Positions 39,590 through 52,970 of a stretch of DNA of 64,000 nucleotides are shown piece by piece. How positions within the stretch are numbered: position 1 is the stretch's first letter; each line of letters opens with the position of its first letter. This DNA comes from Chiloscyllium plagiosum. Lineage: Eukaryota. Location: contig NC_057719.1 in NCBI RefSeq assembly GCF_004010195.1, positions 25,618,663 to 25,682,662 of the forward strand. The letters are read 5' to 3'. The translations under genes were made by a program, and so were the position numbers. Below the pieces are notes generated by a model, which had not been told where the DNA came from, made no database searches, and saw nothing but the letters and a program-made list of their open reading frames with translations.

Positions 39590-39712
39590 CTGAAGAAGGG
39601 CTTATGCCCGAAACGTCGATTCTCCTGTTCCTTGGATGCTGCCTGACCTGCTGAGCTTTTCCAGCAACACATTTTCAGCTCTGATCTCCAGCATCTGCAG
39701 CCCTCACTTTCT
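39590..39712 (+). mobile_element. Short Penelope-type element with minimal hammerhead core, 14-bp TSD
   Basis: CTGAAGA-a-GGGC-ttat-GCCC-GAAAC-GTC at 39590-39617; CCATAAAAATATTC at 39576-39589 and 39713-39726. Confidence 0.8.
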
Positions 39713-39994
39713 CCATAAAAATATTCAACAATTTTGCCTCCACTGCCTCTTGAAGAAGAGAGTTCCAAAGATTCAGAACCCTCTGTGGGAAATAAATCTC
39801 CTTATTTCTGTCTTTAAAGGGCGACTCCCAATTTTTAAATAATTACTCCTTGTTCCAGATTCTCCCATCAAGGGAAACATTGTTTCCACACCTACCCTGT
39901 CAAGTCTTCTCATGATCTTGAACTTTTCAATCGACTGCTGAACTCCTGCAGATGCAACCATAGCCAGTCCAGCCTTTCCTTAAAAGATGCAAAT

Positions 39995-40716
39995 GCAAGT
40001 CAATGACCACCTCTAATAAGAGACAATCTAACCACCCCTCTTGACAGTCAATGGTGTTACCATCACTGAATTCCTCTGGATCAACATTCTGTGGTTACCA
40101 CTAACCAGATACTCAACTGGACTTACCACATAAACACAGTGGCTACAACAATAGGTCAGATGCCCGAAATATTGTGGCAAGTAAATCACCCCCGGACTCT
40201 CCAATGCCTGTCCATAATTTAAAAGGCACGAGTTAAGAATGTATTGGAATACTCCCCGGTTGCCTGGAGGGATTTAGCTCCAACAACATTCAAGAAGCTT
40301 GACACCATCCAGGACAAAGCAGCTTGCTTGATTGGCACTGCATCCACTCCCTCCACCATCAATGCTCAATAGCAGCAATGTGTGCCTACAAGATGCACTG
40401 CATAAATTAACCACAGATCCTCAGACAGCACCTTTCAAACCCACAACCACTTACATCGAGAAGAACAAGGGCAGCAGACACATGGGAACATGACCATCTT
40501 CAAATTCCCCTCCAAGCCACTCACCATCCTGACTTGGAAATATATTGCCGTTCTTTCACGGTCACTGGATCAAAATCCTAGAATTCCCTCCCTAATTGCA
40601 GTGTGGATCAACCTACAGCATATGTTGGGGTTCAAGAAAGCAGCTCAGGGACAGTTAGGGATAGGCAATAAATGCTGGCCAGCCAGCAATGCCCATGTCC
40701 CATGAATGAATAAAAG
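39995..40716 (+). mobile_element. LINE (CR1/L2 superclade) 3' fragment
   Basis: Homologous to 45935-46765; includes KKLDTIQDKAACLIG. Confidence 0.8.
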
Positions 40717-41499
40717 AAACACCCTATTCCAAGTCAAAGTAAACATTCTCTAAACTGCCTCAATGCGTTTGTGTCCTTACTTAAAAAGGAAGACCAATAC
40801 TGTGCACTGTACTGCAGATATGGTTTCAACAATGCCATGGATAACTGAAACGTTATCTGCACATATGTGAATTCAATTTCTTCCCATGAAAAATAGCATT
40901 CTACTTCATTTCTAAATTACATGCTATGCTTTCATTACTGACCCTTTGTGATACGTGCAAGAGGTCAGACAGATCCCTTGGTATCTCAGAGCTCTGCAAT
41001 CTTCCCTATTTAGATAATAGGCACTAAAACAGTTTTTCGATGTTAAGTCCAAGCGGTTTTGAGTTTTCTGGGCAGATTTCTGCCATGAGGCCCAAATGTG
41101 GCATTACTCAGTCTTCAGAGCCTGCATCGTTATTTGATAAAGCCTAATTTTTAAACAATGACTCCTTGTTCCAGATTTTCCCATCAAGGGAAACACTGTT
41201 TCCACACCTACCCTGTCAAGTCTCCTTATGATCTTGAACTTTTCAATTGACTCCTGCAGAAGCAAACCTAGCCATTAACGACTTCCCCTGCCCCATCTCT
41301 CACACACTATTCTGGTTCCATCTCAGAACCTGCTATTCCCAGAGCAACCTACCACTCAGTGGATATCCGCCTAAAGACCCTTGCACCTGATGCTCAATAT
41401 GCTGTGCATCTGGATGAGCACTGGCATTCTGAAACTATCCCCGCCCAGTCATGGCTGCTTATGGAAGACAACAGCAAAGGGGAAGATGGTACTATGACT

Positions 41500-41670
41500 G
41501 GGACCTGAGGTCATAGTTAGGGGGTAGTGCAAAGGGAGTTGTTCTCATTTTCTCAGGGGAAGAGCAGAGGAACACCTGAACCTGGCAGCCTGGTCACCAG
41601 CCAGGTCAGTGCCATCTCCAGTATACGGAGGAATGTCCTGTACTGCCAAACAATAGGCTGTGCCAAGTTA
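41500..41670 (+). mobile_element. Possible Harbinger Myb-SANT-like relic
   Basis: VQRELFS..LVTSQVSAISSIRRNVLYCQ has a layout similar to the 29401-29560 relic. Confidence 0.3.
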
Positions 41671-42638
41671 AGCACCAAGTTCTTCTCTGCTACCTCACAC
41701 TCACTCCATCTCTGCTACTGCACCCAGCTGCCAACCAGATTCAGGCTCTTCCAAACTCTAGTCCTGCAACATCACCTTTTACCAGCTCTCACCCATCCCT
41801 CGACCTCCCCGTCACTAACTCTGGTATGGATTTTTCACTGTCTCCACACCCCTCTTAGAAAACCTCACCATTTTTCCCCTGCCTGCGCCTATAGGTACAG
41901 GTGTACTACCCGCCCTCATCTCACTCAACTCCTTCCTTTCTCTCCTTACATTAGAAGACAGTCTGTAACAGGACACAGTGAGTATGCAAGGGCAGAGGGG
42001 TGCATGAAATCAGGCTCCTCACCCCATGTGTGGAGAGAATCCTGGCCCCCACACATGAGGAGCTCCAGAACCACCTCCGTGGGGACACTGGAACATCCAT
42101 GACCTGTCATCTCAGGACGACTCCTCATCCCTCTGCAAATTTCACATCAACACTACTGTCAATGTTATTCACTGCACATTACTTCTAACCACTGGCTGTG
42201 GCGATTTCTCTCTCCTTCTCCTTTGGTGCCACGAGCATATCCAAGCTCATGGAAAATGATCTGCCATCAACGAAATATTTTAAAGCACTGGCAAATGAAA
42301 TTGCCCTTGGGGAAGTGCCGACAAGGTGGATTAAGCTCTACCACCAGTGGTGACGGGATAATAGGGAGGTTGGTGAGTTTGGTTGGTTGGTTTGTGATGC
42401 AGAATGATGCCAACAGCGCAGGTTCATTTCCTGTACCTTCTTGACCCTGCTGGGGTATGGACAACCCTCAGGTTAAACTCAACAGTTGTCAAATCTCTCC
42501 AATGAGAGCGCGGTGCTCTAGGACAATGGCAAATTCACTTACAGGATAATGTACTCTACACTCATCATGATCTTAGATATATTCGACTTGTGATTCCTTT
42601 TACTTATAGATTTACCAGGCTTCTGTTATAACACTAAC

Positions 42639-42802
42639 CTGCATGGATGACCTGGATGTTTGTTTCATGTTCAGAGTTCGTCTTCTGTGCCATTGGTGGA
42701 TTGAGTCCTGGATCTCGTGACTAAGTTGGCGAGTGACAGTGTGTTTGTCATAGTGTTTGATATGTTCTAGGGCGCCATAGGTAGTTGTTAAGTAATAATA
42801 AC
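42639..42802 (-). CDS. RIN3: RIN3 penultimate coding exon: (G)YYYLTTTYGALEHIKHYDKHTVTRQLSHEIQDSIHQWHRRRTLNMKQTSRSSMQ
   Basis: 164 bp, TTTCAG/GTTAGT boundaries, phase 1 to 0; matches RIN3 YYLTTTYGALEHIKSYDKITVTRQLS. Confidence 0.96.
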
Positions 42803-43071
42803 CTGAAACAGAACAAAGTCCATTAACTCACAACAATATTTAGCTATATTAAAGGATGATTTATTGCTGGATATGATAATTGTATTATTTTTCATGATGT
42901 TATTTAACATGCGTGTTAACTACATTTAAAGCATATAGCTGTGAAAACTATCCATCATTTTAAATCAATAGTAGTGCAAGTCCATTAATTTCATTACTGC
43001 TCCTTGGTTGAATGAACTCTTTCACTCTAGCTACTTAAGTAAGTTCTATATATATTACATATCTGTGTTTA

Positions 43072-43111
43072 CAGTCATCTGTCTCGATTTATTATTCGAG
43101 ACAGATGACTG
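43072..43111. mobile_element. 40-bp micro-MITE / perfect hairpin with TA flanks
   Basis: TA-CAGTCATCTGTCTCGA-tttattat-TCGAGACAGATGACTG-TA; perfect 19-bp arms including flanks. Confidence 0.6.
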
Positions 43112-43489
43112 TAATATTATTCTTTAAATCTTATTGAAGTTTCATGTTATGTCCAGTTAAAAATCTATTCTTGAATCCTTGTTCCTTCAACTACTGTGAT
43201 ACCATCTTATTTATCTTTTAACCAAAGCTGTGTATCCATGTTTGTTTTTTGGCTGTCACTCTGGCTGAACAACCACTTCATGACTTCAGTGGGCTCTTCT
43301 ACCTAATGCTAAAAGCAAAACCCCACAGCACATCCATTGCCAAGACCAGTTACTCCATCTCAGGAGTTTGTTCAGCTTTCTTGTCCACATCCTTGTCTTC
43401 CATAGCTCTGGCTCAGTTGGTAGGACTCTATTCCCTGATATTCTCATTTCAAGTCTCATTTGAGGATTTGAGCTTAAAAACCATGCTTT

Positions 43490-43797
43490 AACACCAGTGT
43501 TAAACATTTAACACATTGAAAGAGTAATGCCCTGCTGAAGGTTCCTTCTTTTGGATGGGATGTTAAACTTCTGCTTGCTTGCTTGGATGTAAAAGATTTC
43601 ATCGCATAATTGTGAAGAGGAATGGGGGACCTATCTCCTGTACCCTGATCATTGTTTGTGGGAATATACTTTGCACACATTGACTGCTGCATATCTTACA
43701 TTACAACAGTAACTGCACTTCAAAAGTACATCACTGGAGGTATTTTGAGACATCTGGCTACAGCAAGAAGTATTGTATGAATGCAAATCTTTCTTTT
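43490..43797 (+). mobile_element. Deu-SINE (SacSINE-like)
   Basis: Deu-like TCTTTTGGATGGGATGTTAAAC..GGATGTAAAAGAT; tail ACATTACAACAGT..CTTCAAAAGTAC..AATGCAAATCTTTCTTT. Confidence 0.65.
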
Positions 43798-44479
43798 GGC
43801 TTTTGTTGTTCTCTCCTACCCTTTTCAACTCTGCAACTAACCAGCATTAGGACTGGAGATTTGTGAATCTGTAAAATGGTGAAGGACATACAACATCTGT
43901 CAACTCTAAGGGTGGCTAGTTCCATAAACATAGCTGAATTTGCCAAATAGACACAGCTGAGTGGAATGATTTTTCGATTAGAAATGGAAACATTGTTGTT
44001 TCTTGTTTAATTTGGCGACAAATTATATTAACTGCTATAACTGGCTGCATGTTATAAATATTGACCTTTAACATGATGTTGCAATTGGAAGCTTTAAGTT
44101 TTCCACCCTTATAATTCTCACTTCTAATACCAATTGCTTTTTTTCTTTATTTGTGGATGGGATGTGGTGTCGCTTGCTGGGTCAGCATTGCCCGTTCCTA
44201 ATTGCCCTTGAACCAAATGGCTTGCGAGGTCATTTCAGAGGGCCACGTTGTCATATCTGCCATAGTTCGATTCAAACCCATATCCTCAGAACATTACCCT
44301 AAGGTTCTGGATTACTCGTCCAATGAGATTATCACTAGGGCACCCCTTCCCCATATCTGTCCACTCTCATTGTTGATGGGAAGAAATGAAAATACTAAAA
44401 ACCAGACTTAATATTATTGAAGGAAAACAAATATTTCTGCATTTCTAAACGGCAAAATCTGAAAGAGTAGTGAATTGTG

Positions 44480-45230
44480 AACAGAATCACGATAGACTTC
44501 AAGAGGGCGTTGACAGGTTGGTGGAATGGACAGATGGTATTTAATGAAGCGAAGTGATTTTTCTTGGTAGTAAGCACGAGGTGAGGTAATGTAAAACAAT
44601 CAGTAAAAAAAATCTAAAGCAGAGGCAGGAACAAAGAAACCTGGGGATATATGTGCAGAAGTTGTTGCAAGTGGCAAGGCAAGTTGAGAAAGTGGTTAAC
44701 ATTGCATTAGGCATTCTGTAGAAGCATAAAGATTAAAAACAAGTATAGTGAACTTCTAAAATCATCTGACCTTTCCTACAACTCTGGGCACCACATTAGA
44801 GGAAGGGGGTGAAGGTTGTAGGGAGGGCACAAAAAGATTTCTGGGAATAGTTTCAAGGATAAGGAGTTTTAGTGACATGGATGGATTGGAGAAGCTAAGT
44901 TTTTTGCCTTAGAGAAATGACGGTTGAACAGAGATTTGATAGAGGTCTTAAAATCATGAGATGTCTAGCTACAGTAAATAGAGAGGTGCTGGTCCCATTA
45001 GTGCAAGTGGGTTGGACTCAAATCACTGATTTAAGGAGTTTGACTAAAGCATCATGGATGGCTTGAAGTAAAATGTAGTGTATGGTTATGAACTAAATGC
45101 ATTGCCTGAAAGTGTGGTGCAGGCAGATTCAACAATCATTTTCTAAAGAAGAACCGGAAAAGCACCTAAATGGAGATAGAAAACACTGGACTATTGGTGG
45201 GGGAATGGGACTGTCTAAGTTACTTTTGCA
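44480..45230 (+). mobile_element. Highly degraded CR1 3' fragment
   Basis: CR1-like RLQE..DRLVEW and DLIEV motifs with many stops. Confidence 0.55.
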
Positions 45231-45329
45231 GAGAACTGTAACCATTTTCTGATAAATCTACAATTTTATTCACTGTGTTTCTTTTTCAAATTGCACGTAA
45301 AAACTAAGAAAAGGTAATCAAAATCTAAC

Positions 45330-46765
45330 GCCATCCAAATTCAATTCCAATGTAGCCAATTATCGCCCCATCACTCTACTCGAAATCATCAGTAAAGTGA
45401 TGAAAGGTGTCATCAACAGTGCTATCAAACGGTCCCTGCTCAGCAATAATCTGCTCAGAGATGCCCAGTTTGGGTTCCACCTGGGCCACTCAGCTCATTA
45501 CATGGACAAAAGAGTTCATCTCCACAGGTAAGCTGTGAGTGACTGCCCTTGACATCAAGGCATCATTCAACTGGTTGTGGCATGGAAGAGCCTGAACAAA
45601 ACTAGGATCAATGAGAATAAGAGGGGGAGCTCTCTGCTGGTTGAAGTCACACCTTCACAAAGCAAGATGATGTGGTTGTTCATCTTAGCACCAGGACATC
45701 TCTGCAGAGTTCCTCAGGATAGTGTCCTAGGCCCAACTATCTTCAAATGCTTCATCAATGACCTTCCCTCCATTACAAGGTCAAGAGTGAGTCTGTTTTC
45801 TGATGACTGCATAAGATTCAGTACCATTTGCAACTCCTCCAATTTTGAAGCAATCCATGGTCAACTGAAACAAGACCTGGACGATATTGAGTTTGGGCTG
45901 ACAAGTGGCAAGTAAGTGTGAACCACACAAGTGACAGGCAATGACCATCTCCAACAAGAGAGAATTTAACCATCACTGCTTGGCATTTAATGGAATTAAG
46001 ATCACTGAAACCCCTACTATCAACATCCTGGGTGTTACCGCGGACATTAAATCTGAACTAGAGCTGTCATATAAATATTGTGGCTATGACAACAGGTCAG
46101 ACAGAGGCTGTGAATCCTGCAGTGAGTAACTCACCATCTGGCTCCCCAAACCCTGTCCACATCTTCAAGGCGTATGTCATGAATGTAATGCAATATTTCC
46201 CACTTGCCTGTATGGGTGTAGCTCCAACAACACATAAGAAGATTGACACCGCTCAGGATAATCCCACTTGACTGGCACCACATTCACAAATATCCACCTC
46301 CTCCACTACTGATGCTTAGTAGCAGCAAGTACTATCTATAAACTGCACTGGAGGATTTCACCAAGTCTCCTTAGACAGCACCTTCTAAATCCACGACCTC
46401 AACCATCTTAAAGGACAAGTACAGTGAATACATGGGAATGCCACCCCTTATAACTTCCCTCCAGGCCACACTCCATCCTGACTTGGAAATATATTGCCAT
46501 TCTTGCAGTGTCACTGGGTCAAAATCCTGGAACTCTCTCCCTTCCTAACACCGCCTTGACTCGAAACAGATCAAGAAGATGAATCATCACCACCAAGAAA
46601 TGAGCGAATGTGGACAGACAGCAAATGCCAGTCTTGTGTGTGCCTACACCAAGTGGACTTCAAGAAGGCAGTTAGTTCACCACTAACTTTCTCCAAGGCA
46701 GTTAGCAATAGGCACTAAATACAGGCCCAGCCGTCAAAGCCCATCTCACCTGAATGAATAACAAA
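45330..46765 (+). mobile_element. LINE RT fragment (CR1/L2 superclade)
   Basis: ANYRPITLLEIISKVM, QFGFH, VPQDSVLGPTIF..FINDLP, LFSDDC. Confidence 0.85.
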
Positions 46766-46902
46766 AAAGTATTTGTGTTATGAAGTCAAATTTAAAGTAA
46801 AGAAAGAATGAAGTCAATTTATTTAACATGTGTTCCTCACTAATCCCCATCAGGGAGTATAGTTGGCACACCATACTGCACTTTAAATGAGAGTAACGTT
46901 AC

Positions 46903-47034
46903 CTTCTCCTAAGTGTAATGAAGGATCCAGCAGCTCCATCATATATTCCACATCCAGAAGCAATGACGTCAGGTTACTCCTTGCCAGCACGTACATTAAC
47001 ACAGGGAGGAAATCGTCAGCACCATATGGCTTTG
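46903..47034 (-). CDS. RIN3: RIN3 exon, VPS9 domain: KPYGADDFLPVLMYVLARSNLTSLLLDVEYMMELLDPSLHLGE(G)
   Basis: 132 bp, TTTTAG/GTAAC boundaries; GADDFLP catalytic motif of VPS9 Rab5 GEFs; close to human RIN3. Confidence 0.96.
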
Positions 47035-47494
47035 CTAAAACAGAAGGAGATTTGGAAAGTGAATTAGCATCTTCTGTTAGTTCATAGAACTGTCAACAGA
47101 TCGCTGCAGTGAAAGAGCAATGTTCAAAGAAAATGATATGTTTTGAAAGCGTTGCACTGCTTTTGGATTTATTTTATGTGCACGTTTGTATGTGTAAACA
47201 GACCTTCAGGAATTATCCCAGATAAAAATCCTCAGCATGCTGCCTATTACAGAATATGCTTGAATTTGATTTTCAATTTGCTGGCATTCTTCTCAAATTA
47301 AAATCTGCCATTGGTGACACACTAAAAACCCATTCTTCAAACAATCTGAAGGTGCCAATAAAATGCAAAACTTGAAGTCTGTCAATAAAGATGCAATTTA
47401 TGTTAAATATTATCAACATAAATCAACTGTCTTATTCACCAAAGCTAGCTTCTAGGCAACACTGAGGAAACTATTCTGTATGTATTACCATAAA

Positions 47495-47682
47495 CAGGTC
47501 GTTCTGCAATAATGTGGCAGTTCTGTTCCCCTGCAACCTCGCAGTATTGAGAATCACACTATGGAAAACACACTATACCCATTCAGCAGAAAGTTTGTGT
47601 TATGCAAACAAATTTGATAATTGATCAATCGCATTGTAGCCAGGTCGCACTGTCGGAACGTGCATTATAGCAGAACAATTTG
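47495..47682. mobile_element. Tigger/Tc1-type MITE (about 190 bp)
   Basis: Imperfect TIRs CAGGTCGTTCTGCAATAATG and CATTATAGCAGAACAATTTG. Confidence 0.6.
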
Positions 47683-49073
47683 TGCTTAACAATTTATTTT
47701 TATTACAAAATCTCATGTTAATGCTCATTAAATGTTATGGCCTTTCCTTAAATTCTTTCTTGAACACATTACTGTATAGGGTTTGTGATTGCAAATGGCA
47801 CTGCTTCAAAGATGGGCCACAGGTGTGAATGTCAGTAGATCCATTAACTGTGGGGGCATCTCTCAGCCAAACCTGAACCTGTCCTTACCAACTTTCCTCC
47901 GTGTGATATCTCCATGAAGGAACAACTAGTGATCAAGCAAATGAGTACAAGTTGATTTTTGTTTTTGTCTCTTCTCCAAGGATCCACCATGTGGTACCGT
48001 ATAAAATGCAAGAGATTATTCTATTTACATGATGAAACTGACTGAAACGGGGCTGTCTTCTTATTAGGACAAAGTCTAATTGCTATTGTCGAGAGAAACT
48101 GGCAATCATTTGAAAATTTTCTGAGTTTGGATAATGAGGAACAACAATAAATAACTACTTTTGTCTCGTCATGCTGGTGACAACTTGAAGACGGATGTCT
48201 GCACTGTGGAGGAAGAATGCTAGATATACTGGCCCGGATTTTGCTGTAGTAATGATAATGAAATTGTCAGTGTTTTCCTTTATTATGTCTCTAAAATTGA
48301 CAGCAACGTCTGGAGTTTGTACACATGCTGCTCGTAGTTCTATCTTTCTCCAGAGGAGCAATGCTGAAGATCCCTCAGATTTCAATCAATTTGAAGTCAC
48401 TGAACTGATAAGAACATGCTTTTCTACTTGATAATCCTCGATGTAGAAAGCATTGAAAAAGTTACACATTATTGAATGAGATTTTACATACCACACAACA
48501 CTCATAATTACTGCTGGAAAATCTCCCTTGGCCTTGAAAAACTCTTCACAATCTTGGAATTTCAAATTTCCACAGCATGATTAAAAAAGTTATCAAAATA
48601 TTGTTTAAAATGGTTGCTTTCTTCACCTTGTTTTAATTCTTTATTGCACTTTCTGCAAAATGTGACTGCAAGTGAAATAAGTGAGTGCATACTTTGGACT
48701 TCTGTGTGAATTTCTGCAGTGTGGTTGACTGCCCACCCCACTTGATGATATTACTATTGCTGGATGCTGGATCCTGTTGACTTAGCACCAGATTCAGACT
48801 GACATTGGGAAAGGGAGAATCCAAGCTAAGAGAGTGCTAGAGTTTTGTGAATAACTTCATTCAATTAAGCAGCAAGTGCTGCTCCTTCACCATTAACTGA
48901 GAAACCTGGACCATTTGCTAGACTTTCATGATTTTTTAAATAATAATATTTATGGAAAGGCTCACTGGCCCTAATGCAAGCTGCTTGGAGCGCCTCACAT
49001 TTGAAAGGACCAGTCGACAGTCAGAAAATTTTGAGAACCTTTGATTTTAATAATTAACTTAATGATTTCCTTA

Positions 49074-49282
49074 ATGACTGCTCCACATAGCCGACAAAGA
49101 GACAGCCATAGTTAGCTCAGCTATCTCTCCATCCCCGAGGCTCCCAGCCTCATTCCTGATGAAGGGCTTTTTCCCGAAACATCTATTTTCCTGCTCCTCG
49201 GATGCTGCCTGACCTGCTGTGTGTTTCCAGCACCACTCTAATCTTGACTCTGATCTCCAGCATCTGCAGTACTCACTTTTGC
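49074..49282 (+). mobile_element. Short Penelope-type element with hammerhead core, 16-bp TSD
   Basis: CTGATGA at 49156-49162, GAAAC-ATC at 49176-49183; CTTAATGATTTCCTTA at 49058-49073 and 49283-49298. Confidence 0.8.
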
Positions 49283-51444
49283 CTTAATGATTTCCTTATC
49301 CATTCTAATATTACCTAAAAGGTATTATCCTAAATGTAAAAATGGAAGAAAATTGCTAACACAAAATTTATTCATCATTGCGCGCTTAATTTGCATCTAC
49401 CGTCACATAAACAACAAAGCCCAGTGGAATTGTGAATGTGAATCGCAATATTATGGGTCCTCTTATTTAGAATGTTGACCTAAACCTCTCTAGGAAACTG
49501 AATAAATTTGGATAAGTTGCCTTACGGTCTGACTTGCCTATGCAGAAATAGAACATGTTTCAAACTACTGTGGTATCTTTTGGATTCTGCACCAACAGCC
49601 TGTAAGTGGTCCTATTCCTGTTGGTAAATCACATTTAGGCTACCTATTCAGAAATCTCACAGAAAACCAAGTATTTCAACAATAATTTACACTTAATTGC
49701 ATTTAGCAACCAAACTAAGACCCCTCAAGTAAGAAAGTTAAACCTCACAACTCAACTTAGCTATTACCAGATTAATGATGGAATTTGGCTATGATTCCAA
49801 ACAACAGTGTCTGTCTCTGGATGTATCCAGGGTTTGATCCTTGTGTCATGTTGTTGTCCAGAATTCTGCTAAGGGAGAGTTCTAGAATTGTCCTCTTATT
49901 CAGTTTTTTGTTCTTCAGGTACATGATGTGAAAGTATTGATGATTCTTTAGATTCCTTGCATCTAAAATACTGGACTGCAGCTTCCTTCCTTATCAGAAG
50001 TAGCTTCTTCATTCCTTGTTATATTTGGCCTTAAGTGTCTATTTGAAGACACAGCTTTCCCGTGATTAACTCCTTAAATTCCTCAGCAGGGCAGACATTT
50101 ATCCTTGTGGTGTGAGGCATCCAGTTATCAAGCTGGTGTCAAAATAGTTTATGGAGCCACAACTCCTTTTTTTCTCAGACATGGCTAATTGTTTTCAATC
50201 TGTTTGTCCCTTAACAGCTTATTTCCGTGCAGAGTTATTGTTGCTTCTTTCCATGTATAACAGTTTATTCTTCAGTCTATGAACAGTTATTAAAGTTCTG
50301 AAATCTAAAATATCACACTACATTCCTTGTGCTCAGGAAGAAGTTTTTTGGCATCCAGATATTTGAACTCCTGCAGCAGTTTAATCCCCTTGCCTTCTAT
50401 GAATTAAATGCTGTAATCTTGCACTTACAAACATATGCTAAATAACTTGCCCATCTGTGTTAAATATATTTATCTCCCCTCAGGCTATGCTCAGTCACAT
50501 GCAACACATATCTTATGTGTTACATGTGACTTAACAATAATATAAACCAGACCAGCATCCTTCAAAAAAATGTTGATGAGATATATTGGACGTTATTCCT
50601 TTTAGAAACTGATCATATAGACTGGGTTGTAGCAAAGAATGACTCTTGGTTCAGTTAGATTCTAAGCCCCTGAGCTTGTGTGCATGCAAAGCTTTAACAA
50701 GCTTATTTACAGCTTCAGATTAACACGGCCAGTTAAAGATGTTTGGAAAAATGGCTTGTGTAAAATTAAGGTGTATGAGTGTGGCAGGGACTTGGAATGA
50801 TTTGTGAGATGGTTGGTTGGACTATTGCATTAAATGAGCAGGTTGCTTTTGACATTTAGGATGAACTGAGACATTCTGCATTATATGTGACTACTACATT
50901 CATTCATAGCATGATACTCGAAGTGGCATCATTTATTAACAGACTGGATGCACTCCATTACAGTCTCCTTCACTTACTTTATCCATACTAATTTAGCAGA
51001 GTTACTAACAACAGGCACATAGCACGAAGCATCTGCCAGTATGTAAGGGTCAATTAGTACACATTACACATCAAACACTCTAGAGGTTTAGGATAGTTCT
51101 TTGTATCTCATTAATCACGCTCACAGTATTTCTTAACGTATGATCTTTAGAATTTATTTCTGATAAGTGACTATGGGTTTAATTTGCATTACTTCATACT
51201 TCTTTGGCAAATTATGCAGAGTGTTGGAAGCATTTTGGAGAATCATGAACACAGTTACACTTCTGCAATGAATGGATTTTTGAGTAGCATTTGAACCTAG
51301 AGCTTTTCAACTCAGAGGAATGAGCACTCCCAACTGAGACACTCAGGTCCCCAACCAATCCGAGGAAGTGTCTCTCCCACAATTTTCTCATCATGTCTCT
51401 TGCCGGTACTAGAAATCAGGGGATGCAGGATCTGACAGCAATCT

Positions 51445-51910
51445 TTCTTTAATGTGCTCATAAGATTGCTGCCTGGGCCAACATTCATTGCCCATCCCTA
51501 ATTACCCTGGGGAAGGTGATAGTGAGCTGCCTTCTTAAACTGCTGCTACCAACACGGTGTCGATCCATCCACAGTTTTGTGAGAAGTAAATTTCAGGATT
51601 TTGACCCAGCAACAGTGAATAAGTCAGGATTTTGAGTGGCTTGGAAGGGAACTTGCAGGTGGTTGTAGTCCCTATGCATCTGCTGTCCTTATGACTTCTG
51701 CCATCTAGAAGGACAAGTTTGGAAGGTGCTGTCAAAGAAGGCTTGCTGAGTGACACATCATCTTGTAAATGGTTAACATTGGTACAGTGTGTAACAATGG
51801 TGAAAGGAGGTCAAATATGAAGATTGTGGATGTGGTGGTGCCAATTAAATGGGTTATTTTGCCTGGGTGGTGCAGTGCTTCTTAAGCGCTGTAGGTACTG
51901 CACTCATTTG
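51445..51910 (-). mobile_element. LINE 3' fragment (same family as 39995-40716)
   Basis: Reverse-complement homology, including TCKFPSKPL. Confidence 0.7.
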
Positions 51911-52772
51911 TTGGACATCAAAAGGGTCTAAAGGTATCACAGCAGTGGAGATCAGGTTTACCATTCATTGTTTATAGTAAATAAATTACATTAGTGCTAA
52001 TGCGGCCACTCCAAGCAGTGGGAATGATACAAATAACATCTGAGATATTGTATTACAGGTTGGGGCTCTCTCTGAGGCCTATACTAGATTGACACAAGAT
52101 GTATTCTGCTAAGACTTGTTGTAGCTAATAGGGTCTAGCAATGAAGCCCAAGGACAAATGGAACTGGACCCTGAATAACCAGCATTAACTTTTGGCATTT
52201 AATAAGGCTTCGCAAGGCCTTAAACAGAGCAGTCTCCACAGACAGACTGTGAACTCATGAAGAAGGGTCACTGGACCCAAAATGTAAACTCTGCTTTCTC
52301 TTTACAGATGTTGCCAAAACAGCTGAGTTTTTCCAGCAATTTCTGATGTTGGTTTATACAGGGAACTCCCCCTGACTTGGCCTTATGTTGCGAAGATGGC
52401 TGGGAAGTCCCCCACTGCTATTTAATGGTTCAGCCTAAATGAGGTCCGGCCTGGCTGGCCCTGTGGGGTTTCCCTGTCGGTAGTACTGGGATTTCACCCC
52501 CAGGGATTTAGGTTCTTTGGTGTCTGGGTCCATTTATTAGATGCACCAGTTCTTTGTTCCAGCACAAGCTGTCTTTATTTCTCTGAACATGTTGGTGCCT
52601 CGTGCAGGATGGAGAAAGGCTACAACAAGGGTTGATGTTTGTGATTTCATATGGCAAGCTCCCAAATTCAGGCACACTGTCCATGAGAGGCAAAGCCTGT
52701 GCTCACAACATAAAAGAGAGAAATGATTGAAGACTTTTCAGACCAGCTCTGTTTTATTCTATTGGAGTTGGG

Positions 52773-52970
52773 GTGTGTGTATGTGTTTGTTGTGTCTGTG
52801 TGTTATGCATGTATGGTAAGTGTGTGTGTGTGTCTATGTGTATGTGTGTATGTGTATGTACATGTGAGTGTTTGTGTGTAAATGTATGTATCTGGGTGTA
52901 TTTATGTGAGTATGTGCATGCATATAATGTATGTATGTGTGTGTGTGCGTGTGGTGTGTGTGTATGTGTG
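52773..52970. repeat. Degenerate (TG)n/(TGTA)n microsatellite
   Basis: Visible directly in the sequence. Confidence 0.95.

Larger units (their letters stand above)
39480..41020 (-). mobile_element. CR1 3' fragment interrupted by a hammerhead-bearing element and a LINE
   Basis: Minus-strand FKIMRRLDRV..MFPLMGESGTR..KTEIRR; continues beyond 40720. Confidence 0.7.
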
